Below the pieces are notes generated by a model that was not told where the DNA came from, ran no database searches, and was given only the letters and a program-made list of their open reading frames with translations. This document shows positions 39,994 through 50,941 of a DNA stretch of 53,627 nucleotides, piece after piece. Made by a program: the position numbers and the translations under genes. The first letter of the stretch is position 1, and each line of letters begins with the position of its first letter. The stretch lies in contig CAWBGV010000024.1 of the NCBI GenBank assembly GCA_963788395.1, positions 1 to 53,627 on the forward strand. Reading direction: 5' to 3'. The stretch is from Candidatus Doudnabacteria bacterium. Lineage in GTDB: Bacteria > Patescibacteriota > Doudnabacteria > UBA920.

Positions 39994-41093
39994 AAAACGG
40001 ACAAAAAATCTTGATAGTACTCTTGGCCAGTTCTGCCTTGTTCGGACAGGACCGGAGCGTACAATCGAGCGCAAAGTTTATCACCTCGTACACGCTGGGA
40101 TCGGGTCTCAACCAATACACTTTCCCGGTCGATACTACCCAGGGTTTCACCTTGTTCGCCTCTTCGGCTCCTGTGACCATGGAAGCCCACTTATACGGGC
40201 CCACGGGCACGGAAATCTTGCCCGTCCTAACCGGCGAACCGGCTCGGGGAAATAGCGATTACATCTGGCAAACCAGCACCAGCATTCCCGGAATTTACAC
40301 TTTAGCCGCTAACGGCAATGTGCCAGTTTTGGGAAAAAACAACGATCCCATCTACCTGTTCAACCACCTGACGTTCCAGCTCTACCTGGCCGACAGCCAA
40401 ACTCAATTGGTTGCGGTGCCCTGGCAACTGGTTGTCCCGCTGGGCGGCAAAATCTACTTCAGTTATTTTGTAGTAGATAATGACCAGCTGATGCCTATCT
40501 CCGAGTATCTACTCGGCGCGGTGTGCACCCCGGCTAATGGGAGTATGGTCGTTGCCAATGGCGCTGCCTCAAACGATCCTCAGCATATTAATTCGTTTGA
40601 ATGCGACGCCACCACCACCGGCGATTGGTACATCACGGTCTTTGCCAAGGGCCGCAACAGTGCCGGTTACAATTTTATCAGGTCAGAGAACCTGACCGTC
40701 AACGTTTCGGCCAACGTACCCAGCATCAGGCTGGGCAGCGCCGGTCCGATTCAGTCGACGTTAGGGATCAAGTCAATCCCCTACACCATGGGGATTACGA
40801 CCAGCCAGAGCAACGTCGCCACCATCCTGCTGACGCTGGCGACCAGCTCGGGAGCAACTCAAACCATCCGCAACGACCTTCAGCTCACGAACGGCGTTCA
40901 AAATCTGACCCTGCAGATTGGCGGCCTCCAGCTGTTGCCGCTACTGCAGCAGGCGACGACGAATACCAATCAGGTGGTGAGCGTATACCTAACCAGGGTT
41001 ACAATCACATATTCGGGAGACGCCTATCCGTGCCTCGATCTCCCGATGTCGCCGACTTACATAGGAGGATATACATTAAAAGAAATTCAATAA
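39990..41093 (+). CDS. Secreted beta-rich hypothetical protein
   Basis: Signal peptide ending ALFG-Q; overlaps previous stop; GGAGG RBS. Confidence 0.75.
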   Translation: MKNGQKILIVLLASSALFGQDRSVQSSAKFITSYTLGSGLNQYTFPVDTTQGFTLFASSAPVTMEAHLYGPTGTEILPVLTGEPARGNSDYIWQTSTSIPGIYTLAANGNVPVLGKNNDPIYLFNHLTFQLYLADSQTQLVAVPWQLVVPLGGKIYFSYFVVDNDQLMPISEYLLGAVCTPANGSMVVANGAASNDPQHINSFECDATTTGDWYITVFAKGRNSAGYNFIRSENLTVNVSANVPSIRLGSAGPIQSTLGIKSIPYTMGITTSQSNVATILLTLATSSGATQTIRNDLQLTNGVQNLTLQIGGLQLLPLLQQATTNTNQVVSVYLTRVTITYSGDAYPCLDLPMSPTYIGGYTLKEIQ

Positions 41094-41095
41094 GC

Positions 41096-41128
41096 AACAG
41101 GCGGAGACACTTGTCTCCGCCTGTTTTT
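41096..41128 (+). terminator. Intrinsic terminator
   Basis: AACAGGCGGAGACA-CT-TGTCTCCGCCTGTT-TTT. Confidence 0.88.
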
Positions 41129-41225
41129 ATATTATCTATAAATTAATTACTATCAACACTTTGCAGGGTCGCGTAAACCACTAAGTTATCGCTGTAGCGG
41201 CCAAGGCTTGGTATCTAAGTACGCT

Positions 41226-41519
41226 TTACATAACTTGATAGATTTCACGGTTCCCGGTCAGGTACATTTCCGTGTACCCTTTCATTTTCGCCATGGACTC
41301 CTGCATTTCCGGAGTAGGATTCTTATGGGCTTCAAACGCCGCTTCGTACTCGCTTAAATTTTCGTACTGGGATACCATAATCACCCGGTTGTACTGGCCG
41401 GTCATGTCGGTCATCACCCGGATAAAATTTTTGTCGCTGGCCATAACTTCTTTAAATAATTTGGCCAGCTTAGAGGCATTTCCCGGTTTACTGACAAAAA
41501 TATCATTGACTATAATCAT
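41226..41519 (-). CDS. NIPSNAP/dimeric alpha-beta barrel-like protein
   Basis: KPGNASKLAKLFKE, RVMTDMTG, GNREIYQ. Confidence 0.65.
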   Translation of the reverse strand: MIIVNDIFVSKPGNASKLAKLFKEVMASDKNFIRVMTDMTGQYNRVIMVSQYENLSEYEAAFEAHKNPTPEMQESMAKMKGYTEMYLTGNREIYQVM

Positions 41520-41559
41520 AATTCTCACCCCCTTTCATTTTAGCGAATCAGCTGATCAG

Positions 41560-41783
41560 CTATTGTGCTTCCGCAAATTTTTTCAGTCCATCGGCCGTAG
41601 AATTCCAGCCTTCGGCAAAATTTTCGGGCGCCAGGTCTGGATTATCCGACGGGAAAGCTTGAGTAAAGTTAAACCGTAATTCTAAACGCGTTTGGTTATC
41701 TTGTGCAAACAGTTGGTACGAAACTACCGAGTTGCCCGGCAGGCCAGCGCCGGCGGAGCGTTAATTACTCTGGTAATGGCCAA
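41560..41783 (-). pseudogene. SRPBCC/AHSA1-like remnant with internal deletion
   Basis: LAITRVINAPPALACRA followed almost directly by VVSYQLFAQDNQTRLEL...FAEGWNSTADGLKKFAE*. Confidence 0.65.
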
Positions 41784-41936
41784 GTCCCCCTTATCGAGAT
41801 TGGAAGCGTAGCGTACTTGGAAGGCATCCGAGGGCGGGACTTGGCCGTACGCACATCTCAACGAGACCGCCACCAGAAGAACAATAAAAGAGCTTGGGTG
41901 CGTAGTGTTATTGCCTCTCTGGAACAGTATCAGGAC
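41784..41936. repeat. Direct repeat copy 1 (5' part of a truncated DAFQVRYASNL gene on the minus strand)
   Basis: About 10 differences by eye from 46032-46183 over about 152 bp. Confidence 0.92.
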
Positions 41937-42208
41937 CGGCCTTGTAAGGAATACTCTTCAGATGGCGTAGCCAGAAGAAGTATATCCTGTCTTGCGATAG
42001 TCCTTTTTGAGCAGCCCCGCCAATGGGTTCGTAGGAAGTTCTCGCGAGCCGCCGACCTTAACCGTATAGCCCGATTGAGCTAGGTACCAAATAAAATCTG
42101 TTTGACGCAGCCTTTTTCTGGTGCTACGCTTAGGCCACATTAACAGAATTAATGTTGGCTGCGGGCAGCAATCGGCGCGCCCCCGCTCCGCAAAAGGAGT
42201 TCGAAAGT

Positions 42209-43159
42209 ATGAAAACTCCACTTGTCCTCGGAAGCGTCGCCCTGGTTGTTCTTCTAACCGGAAGTATTTACCTGCTTGTTGCGGCGCCTCATGGTGGCCC
42301 TCAAAGCGTGACTTCGCAGCTTACGCCAGTAACTAGTCATACTTATGAATCGCGACTAACAGGATCGGACGCTACTCCTAGCGCGACGACGACACCAGCT
42401 ATTGGAACACCTACCACAGACCCGACGTTGATCTCAATCAACACGCCGACCGCCACCGCCACCGTCACGCACTCCATTGATTGGGTTAGCATATCACCAC
42501 CGAGTATTACAGCAGGGGCTTCAAGTCCAGTGACGGTTACGGCACAGATTACAGATCCCGCTGTTATTAGGAACAGCGTCAACCTAGTCTACATGCCGCC
42601 ATCGGGGGCTCCGACTGTTATTGCGACTTTGAACGATGCCGGCGTCAATGGCGACCTGACTGCCGACGATAACATATTCTCGCTCACGACAACAACCCTG
42701 TTTTCGACTTATCGGGTTGGTACGGTTCAGCTCGCAGTATCCGCCGCATTCACTGGGACCCTCAGCCGCGCCCAGAGCACTTTCCAGTTTGGCATAGATG
42801 CTCCTGTCTCGACCGCAGGCTGGGTGCCACTTACAGACTCCCAGCGACTCTTTTCTATACAGGTACCTTCGGCATGGAATCTTCATACAACCGAGAACCC
42901 GACCGACGGCGAGGACATCAAGAGTGTTGATTTTGCGTTTCCGGACGGCACCGTAGTGTTTTCAATTTTTATTTATACTCCCGATGCTTGGGCATTGATT
43001 CAAACTGGCGGCGAACCAGCGCCCGCGCTCGTTGGGCAGACACATCAGTACATATTTGGCGAAGCTGATTCCCAGGCTGAGATACTCAATGAGTCAGTTA
43101 GCGAGACTGACATCTTCAAGGCACTGCCTCAGATTCTGGCGACGTTTCGGGCATTCTGA
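42209..43159 (+). CDS. Anchored protein, MKTP paralog 1 (choice-of-anchor X-like motif plus PsbP-like C-terminus)
   Basis: AAGGAG RBS; TM; LNDAGVNGDLTADDNIFS; FSIQVPSAW...QILATFR. Confidence 0.75.
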   Translation: MKTPLVLGSVALVVLLTGSIYLLVAAPHGGPQSVTSQLTPVTSHTYESRLTGSDATPSATTTPAIGTPTTDPTLISINTPTATATVTHSIDWVSISPPSITAGASSPVTVTAQITDPAVIRNSVNLVYMPPSGAPTVIATLNDAGVNGDLTADDNIFSLTTTTLFSTYRVGTVQLAVSAAFTGTLSRAQSTFQFGIDAPVSTAGWVPLTDSQRLFSIQVPSAWNLHTTENPTDGEDIKSVDFAFPDGTVVFSIFIYTPDAWALIQTGGEPAPALVGQTHQYIFGEADSQAEILNESVSETDIFKALPQILATFRAF

Positions 43160-43186
43160 ATCGAAGAGGGATGGGCAGGTGATATC

Positions 43187-43600
43187 ATGTGTCGCGGACT
43201 CCTTGTTTTTCTGATATTGGGTAGCGCCGGATCTTCGCCGGCCCAAACACAGTCATGTGACGCCGACGTGCATCCGGCATGCAGCAGCGCCAATCAATCT
43301 GCGGGATGTGTTCTTGATACTTTCGATAACGTCCCAGCCTATTATAACGGTTCATACAACGGAAAAATTAAGTCGTGGGCCTTATGCTCTGACGGGTGGT
43401 TGTACCAATGTCCGGAATTTGTACGCAGATTTTATCGTATTGCCGAACACCAGGAAACCTCAACCCCCGCATGGGCTGACTTGCACAAGTAGGTCGCAAA
43501 TACCTCCTTGAGCGACCTTGGACCACCGCAACCAAAATCCCAAGCCCTTCGTGTGGACTGCGGACGCGGATCTGATCTTGGGAAAAGTCGAAAGACTTTG
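43187..43600 (+). pseudogene. Secreted CHAP-like amidase, disrupted or truncated
   Basis: Signal peptide; NVPAYYNG...WLYQCPEFVRRFY (GspS-type CHAP Cys motif); 3' end approximate. Confidence 0.6.
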
Positions 43601-43681
43601 TCAACGTATTTCCAACTCAGGACACTAGCCGTGCATCTTCAATATAAGTAATCCCGGCACTAACACTTAACACACACAAAT

Positions 43682-44702
43682 ATGCAGCACACAAGTGTAA
43701 ATAGAATTATCCTGCTCTCTATGATTACTTTAATGGCCTTCGGATGCACTTCGACTCATCCGGCCTCTACCGTTCCTACTCCTTCACACCTAGCGGCGAC
43801 AAGTCAGCCTCAACCTGTTCAGTCCCAAGCTAATGTACTAGAGCCCGCGCAGAATTCGAATGATCCGTATCGCGACATTATCGATGTGGGCACTGCGGAT
43901 CAGCAGACGATACCGGGCAAATATCAGTGCGGTAAATATACCGTCACGCCGCCTATCAGCGATGAGCCGGACGACAACCGCATAGTGAATCCGCCAGCCG
44001 TGTTTCTCGAGCCCATTCATAAGTTACTGATCACGGATCTAGACAACTCACAAGAGAGTTACAGTTATGACGTAACGTTCACTTCTACATGTCAACAATT
44101 ATACTATGTGGACTTTGAAGACGCTGGCGCTACTAGCATCCATGTTGTAGATCTACGCTCGGGTGCGCGATCAGTCGTCACAATTCCGAACTCTGCACTC
44201 CCTCGCACATACCAACACGTAAAGCACACTCTTGTGTTTCTTTACGATATCGATTCTTAGTCACTTACTATTATGGTTTGATGCAGGAGAGGGGCCTAGC
44301 GGCGTTCTAAACAGTGAGTTTCAAGCAATATATGACATCGATGCTAGGACTCTGCACTTCATAGATGATACGGTCGCCGATGACCCGAGTTCTGCCTACC
44401 GCACCGATGACGGATTTGGTGACGGTATTGCGCTACTGGACGACGCGACCGACACGCTGATTCTCTTCGGAAATACTAATGGCGACGGAGACGTCACTAG
44501 CCGCACGGAAATCAATCTCAAAACCGGCGTGCAAACCACGACCGCTTTACCGCAGCCCGAGGATCCAGAGGATCCGTTGGGTTTACCGGTGCCAGCCACA
44601 TACTGTACTGTCCATAACCCCTCCGTTGGCATGAGTAAAGACGATTACACAGCGTGTCGCGATGAGTGGCTAAGCAGGCTTGTGCCGAACGAAGACAGGT
44701 AA
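43682..44702 (+). CDS. Putative acidic lipoprotein, frameshift near 44250
   Basis: LMAFGC lipobox; two overlapping frames; convergent with the CHAP gene. Confidence 0.6.
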
Positions 44703-44733
44703 TTCTCGATTCGAGGGGCACTCCCTGCCGCGC

Positions 44734-46180
44734 TCACCGATAATAACCCGTCGCGACTTTCGTAGCGCTGAATTGGGAGTGAATGCCACCTCCCGCTTTG
44801 ATCTGTTTAACGCCAGCGGCGGACGTCGTAACCATGAAAGTACTCGCAACAGTTGACGCTTGTTCTCCCCAAGCCGGTGAGGCATTCATCTCGCCAATCG
44901 TAAAACTATACGTCGTGGTGTAGGGGACACCAGGTGCCGGATTGGGCGGTACCGTCTTTGTAGTGACCGTCGAAATAATAATTGCTGTGTGCTCTTCAGT
45001 GAAATCCACAACGTCCCATTGGTTCGGAATATAGGTCGCTGTGATCGGCCCGACAGTGTAATAGGCTGGGACAGGAATGGGGCGACCCTGGGCGAGCAGT
45101 TGGTTTGCAACATACCACGTGCACTGCCCATAGCCGCGTCCATAGATCGTTTCGACTACGCCACCTGGATTCGGTAATGGCAGCGTGGCGCTGGAGCCAT
45201 CAGGTGCCGTTATGGTGACAGAAACCATAGAAGAACCACATTCTTGTGATTGAATTGAAAACAAACAGCTTGCTGCGAATGAGGGGATAAATTCTATTCG
45301 GGTATTCTTCCAGCATGTAATAGAAGACGGAGGGACGGTAATCGAGGAATTCGAAAAAGATAGACTGCCCATCGATTGACCGCATCCCTCAGGAGGACAG
45401 AATCCGGTCCCCTCCAGTATCCAGTTCGGCTTGACACTCACTCCTCCACTTGAAATTTTTGACGTACCTTTGCAAGGGCTCGACGTTTGGCAGACATCTA
45501 CGGCATAGAAAAGGTAGTATTTGCCGGGTGTTTTCGGGCCTCCTACCGCGCCGACATCCGGCTGCCCTTGCCACTGCGCGGATTGAACTAAGTTTCCCCA
45601 GTCCCAACCGCTAATGCTGGTCAACGTAATTTTTGTGTAGACACCTGAAAATGCTATCACTGCTCCTTCTGTGAGGGTCTGCGTCTGCGGCGGCGGCGTT
45701 TATAACCAGCGACAGGGTTAAACGCGACCGTATAGGTGTTTACTGGGACGGTACGTGAAACTGGAAATGGCCCTGAAGTCGGAAATCCTGGTACCGGCGG
45801 CGTCAGACTAAAAGCGGCGGTAGGGACATTACTGTTAATCGTAAGAGTCCCGGACTGCTGCACGTACACCCCATTGAAAACAATTGTTGCGTTCGCGGAC
45901 ACTGTTTGGTTTGGCTAGCAGGTACGGTGTAACCGGTAGCAACTCCGTACGAAAGTGTAGACATTGGCACAGAGCGAGCCTGAAACCGGGTTGCCTCCGA
46001 GCGCGCCAACGTTGGTGATGTTAATGAAGGCGTCACCCTTATCGAGATTGGAAGCGTAGCGAACTTGGAAGGCGTCCGAGGGCGGTACTTGGCCGTACGT
46101 ACATCTCAACGAGACCGCCACCAGAAGAGCGACAAAAGAGCTTAGGTGCGTAGTGTTATTGCCCTCTGGAACAGTATCAG
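44734..46180 (-). CDS. Secreted multidomain protein: DAFQVRYASNL N-terminus, Ig/PEGA-like repeats, C-terminal CHAP amidase; frameshifted, start approximate
   Basis: Consecutive frames 45915-46307, 45803-46036, 45657-45902, 44734-45660; GYGQCTWYV, HTAII, IGEMNA. Confidence 0.72.
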
Positions 46181-46183
46181 GAC
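46032..46183. repeat. Direct repeat copy 2
   Basis: Near-identical to 41784-41936. Confidence 0.92.
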
Positions 46184-46475
46184 TTCGGTATCCCTCAAAT
46201 CGTCCAAATGGCGTAGTCAGCGGACTTATTACCAGCGACTCGAACCATACACATCTGCAACAAACGGCAAGGTTATATCGATCTTCCCCACGCGATAGAA
46301 AGGGCACGTGAGTAGCTCACTTGAGCTATATAACCCTCTTGATCGGGGCTGCCGGAAAGGATTGACGCGGCCCAGAACAGGTGATACGCTTAGGCTACAT
46401 TAACAGCCGTAAATGTTGAGTGTGAGCAGCATCGGCGCTCCCACTTCGCAACATCGCTTTAAGGAGTTCAAGAAT

Positions 46476-47429
46476 ATGAAAACTCCAATCATTTTCGGAA
46501 TACTCGCTTCAGTGGTCCTTGCCCTCGGTGGTGTCTGGCTGCTCTCAGCCGAACCACATGGCAGCCCTCAAAACGTCCTGTCGCATGCGCCGCCTCTGGT
46601 TCACACATCGCAAGCGACAGGTTCTGACGCAGTCCCTCACGCTACAACGGTACCGACTATAGGAACGCCGAGCACAAGCCCAACGTTAATAGCTGTAAAT
46701 ACTCCGACTGTCGTCACAGTGACTGTTCTGATCACCGATCCAACGCTAATTTCAGACAGCGCTAATCTACTTCGTCTCGGAGCCACCGGTACTTTACCTA
46801 CGATTCTCGGTGTCATGCATGATTCCGGCGCCGGGGTTTATACGTTACAGGTCACTGTCAATGAATCCGTTCCGGGAACAATTCAACTACAAGTGTCAGC
46901 TGCGTTCAAAGGGCTACTTAAGCGTGTGCTATCTCCTGTCTTCACCATACAAGTCTGGAACTCCTACTCGTTACCGAGCGCTCCCGTCTCCTTCGACTTT
47001 CCTTATCTCTCAAATACACCGAAACCGACAGTCAGCAGCATTTCGGGAGGCTCGGTTGCTTTGGATATCCCAACAAAGGGGGGCGTACAACTCCCCGTAT
47101 TTATAATGACTTTAGCAGCGGGCGACGGGACCTCCTCGCTTCCGCTGTGGTTCGCACAGAATATCGATACGTCCAACGTACTCTCCTCTAGTGGCGTCTA
47201 CACTCTCACGACCCTGCAAGACGGTCGCGAAGTTCTTCTATTAACCGGTGGCGTTCCCGTAGAGTGGGACGGCGGTCCTCTGTCGCAAGCCTACGTGATG
47301 TCATCTGATAGAACAAGTGTACTAATTATTCAACTCTCTCAAGACGATCCCCTTTCCGATTATGGTGTCACTTCGCAGCAGGCGGCTGACATCGTCAATG
47401 CTATGACCCAGACTGTTACGTTCAGATAA
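46476..47429 (+). CDS. Anchored protein, MKTP paralog 2
   Basis: AAGGAG RBS; N-terminal half aligns with paralog 1 (PHG.PQ.V.S, TGSDA.P.ATT.P.IGTP, ITDP, VSAAF.G.L.R); C-terminal half differs. Confidence 0.75.
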   Translation: MKTPIIFGILASVVLALGGVWLLSAEPHGSPQNVLSHAPPLVHTSQATGSDAVPHATTVPTIGTPSTSPTLIAVNTPTVVTVTVLITDPTLISDSANLLRLGATGTLPTILGVMHDSGAGVYTLQVTVNESVPGTIQLQVSAAFKGLLKRVLSPVFTIQVWNSYSLPSAPVSFDFPYLSNTPKPTVSSISGGSVALDIPTKGGVQLPVFIMTLAAGDGTSSLPLWFAQNIDTSNVLSSSGVYTLTTLQDGREVLLLTGGVPVEWDGGPLSQAYVMSSDRTSVLIIQLSQDDPLSDYGVTSQQAADIVNAMTQTVTFR

Positions 47430-47441
47430 CCGGGTGAGCGC

Positions 47442-47930
47442 ATGGCCAAGACTAAATCCCGCCTTCTTATTGTCTTTATCACCTTCGTTCTCTTGCTGGG
47501 CACAACCGATTGCGTCGAAGCTGCTGACCCACCACAAATCTCAGTCACGCCCCGCGCCGCCGAGCTTAGCCAGCCAGATCTTACTTTTACTATTACAATT
47601 ACAAACTCGACTTTTCCGCCAAACCCAACAGTGTTTTGGAATGAAATCCGCGTTCCGACCGCAGTCGGCGCAAATAATACGCAAATTGTGGTTACCCTCC
47701 TACCGTCTGACGTAGGCACGATTCCGAAGATCACGCCCGTGCTAACTGCTGCGGATATCTCGGGAACGATGCTCAAAGTTGTCGGCGGGCCAAACCCTCA
47801 CGTTCACCCTTCAGTTTACAAGTAAGTCGCCGGTGGCGGGTTTTACGATGTCTGCCGCAGGTCAGTCAACAATTGAAGGGCAGACGCTTAACCTATCCGC
47901 ACTGCCGGGCGCGAGTGGTGCAACAGACCA
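47442..47930 (+). CDS. Secreted Ig-like (IPT/PKD-like) protein, frameshifted and cut at the junction
   Basis: Signal peptide; PQISVTP...TITITNSTF; PVAGFTMSA continuation. Confidence 0.55.
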
Positions 47931-47939
47931 CGAACCATT

Positions 47940-48295
47940 CGATTGCGGCCATAAACCTCGTGGCGTTCGAGATGGAAGCCGGGCTCGTCTTTCGGCCGGT
48001 TGACGATGAAGGAGAACCGGATCGACTCCCAGCCGGCTGGAATTGAACGCCGACATCCGGATGTAGCGGTCGCCATAGACCTTGCGGCATCGTCAAGCTC
48101 CATCACACGCCGGCGGCATCCCGCAGGTCGAACATCGGCAGCCCCCACATCTCCCAATAGTGTTGCGGGGTGCGGATCGTCGGTGAATTCGATATTCACC
48201 GCCCAGCCATTGTCGAGGCAATACTGCACCTGCCGGGAGATCTGCTCGTCGGTGAGATCCGGCAGGAACGAAAAGCAGCCTTGGGTGACGCGCAT
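47940..48295 (-). CDS. cbbS: RubisCO small subunit (red type), 3'-truncated, frameshifted
   Basis: [41 protein letters not shown]. Confidence 0.93.
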
Positions 48296-48306
48296 GGTCC
48301 TGCTCC

Positions 48307-49817
<1,511 letters not shown>

Positions 49818-50899
49818 TCATTCGGCGGCACGCGCCATCGCCGATACGCGGATCGAGCGCGCCGGACCGATAGCGCCTCGCCATCTCCGCAAGCGGGATC
49901 ACCTTGATCTTGCGGCGTGGCCGGCGGTGCCGAACTGCTCGAACCGCTCCCGGCAGAGCTCGCGCATCGCGTCCATCGCCGGCTTGAGGAATTTGCGCGG
50001 GTCGAATTCGCTCCTGGTCTGCGGTCGCGACCTTGCGGAAGGCTGCCGTCATCGCCAGCCGGCAGTCGGTGTCGATATTGACCTTGCGGACGCCGTGCCT
50101 GATGCCGCGGACGATCTCCTCGACCGGCACGCCCCAGGTCTGCGGCATCTCGCCGCCAAACTGGTTGAACAGGTCCTGCAAGGCTGCGGCACCGAGGACG
50201 AGCCATGCATCACCAGATGCGTGTTCGGCAGCCGGCGGTGGATTTCCTCGACCACCTTCATCGCCAGGATCTCGCCGTCCGGCTTGCGCGAGAATTTGTA
50301 GGCGCCATGCGAGGTGCCCATCGCGATCGCCAGCGCATCGACCCCGGTGGCGCGAACGAAGTCGACCGCCTGGTCCGGATCGGTCAGCAACTGGTCGTGG
50401 CTGACCTTGCCTTCGACGCCGTGGCCGTCTTCCTGTTCGCCGCCGCCATGCTCGAGCGAGCCGAGCACCCCGAGTTCGCCCTCCACCGAGGCGCCGATCC
50501 AGTGCGCCATCTCGACCACGCGGCGGGTGATGTCGACATTGTAGTCATAATCCGCGGCCGTCTTGGCATCGGCCTTGAGCGAGCCGTCCATCATGACAGA
50601 GGTAAAGCCGTGTTGAGCGCCGTGGCGCAGGTGGCCTCCTCGTTGCCATGGTCCTGATGCAGGCAGAGTGGAATCTGCGGATACATTTGCTCGAGCGCGT
50701 CGATCATCTTCGACAGCATGATATCGTTGGCGTAGGAGCGCGCGCCGCGCGAGGCCTGGATGATGACGGGCGCATCGACGGCCGCCGCCGCTTCCATGAT
50801 CGCCAGACCCTGCTCCATGTTGTTGATGTTGAACGCCGGTACGCCATAGTCATGCTCGGCGGCATGGTCCAGCAATTGCCTCAGGGTAATTCGCGCCAT
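49818..50899 (-). CDS. cbbA: Class II fructose-bisphosphate aldolase, frameshifted
   Basis: [52 protein letters not shown]. Confidence 0.95.
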
Positions 50900-50941
50900 G
50901 GCGCTCTCCGGTCAAGGCGTGGATGAAGCGTCAAGGCATCC

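Noticed and set aside
41784-46183. Diversity-generating retroelement TR/VR pair
   Set aside because: Mismatches between the two repeats are not adenine-specific, the repeat lies at gene 5' ends, and no reverse transcriptase is in the window
1-47930. Alternative genetic code (TGA reassigned)
   Set aside because: Gene breaks are frame changes rather than in-frame TGA, and intact genes translate fully with the standard bacterial code
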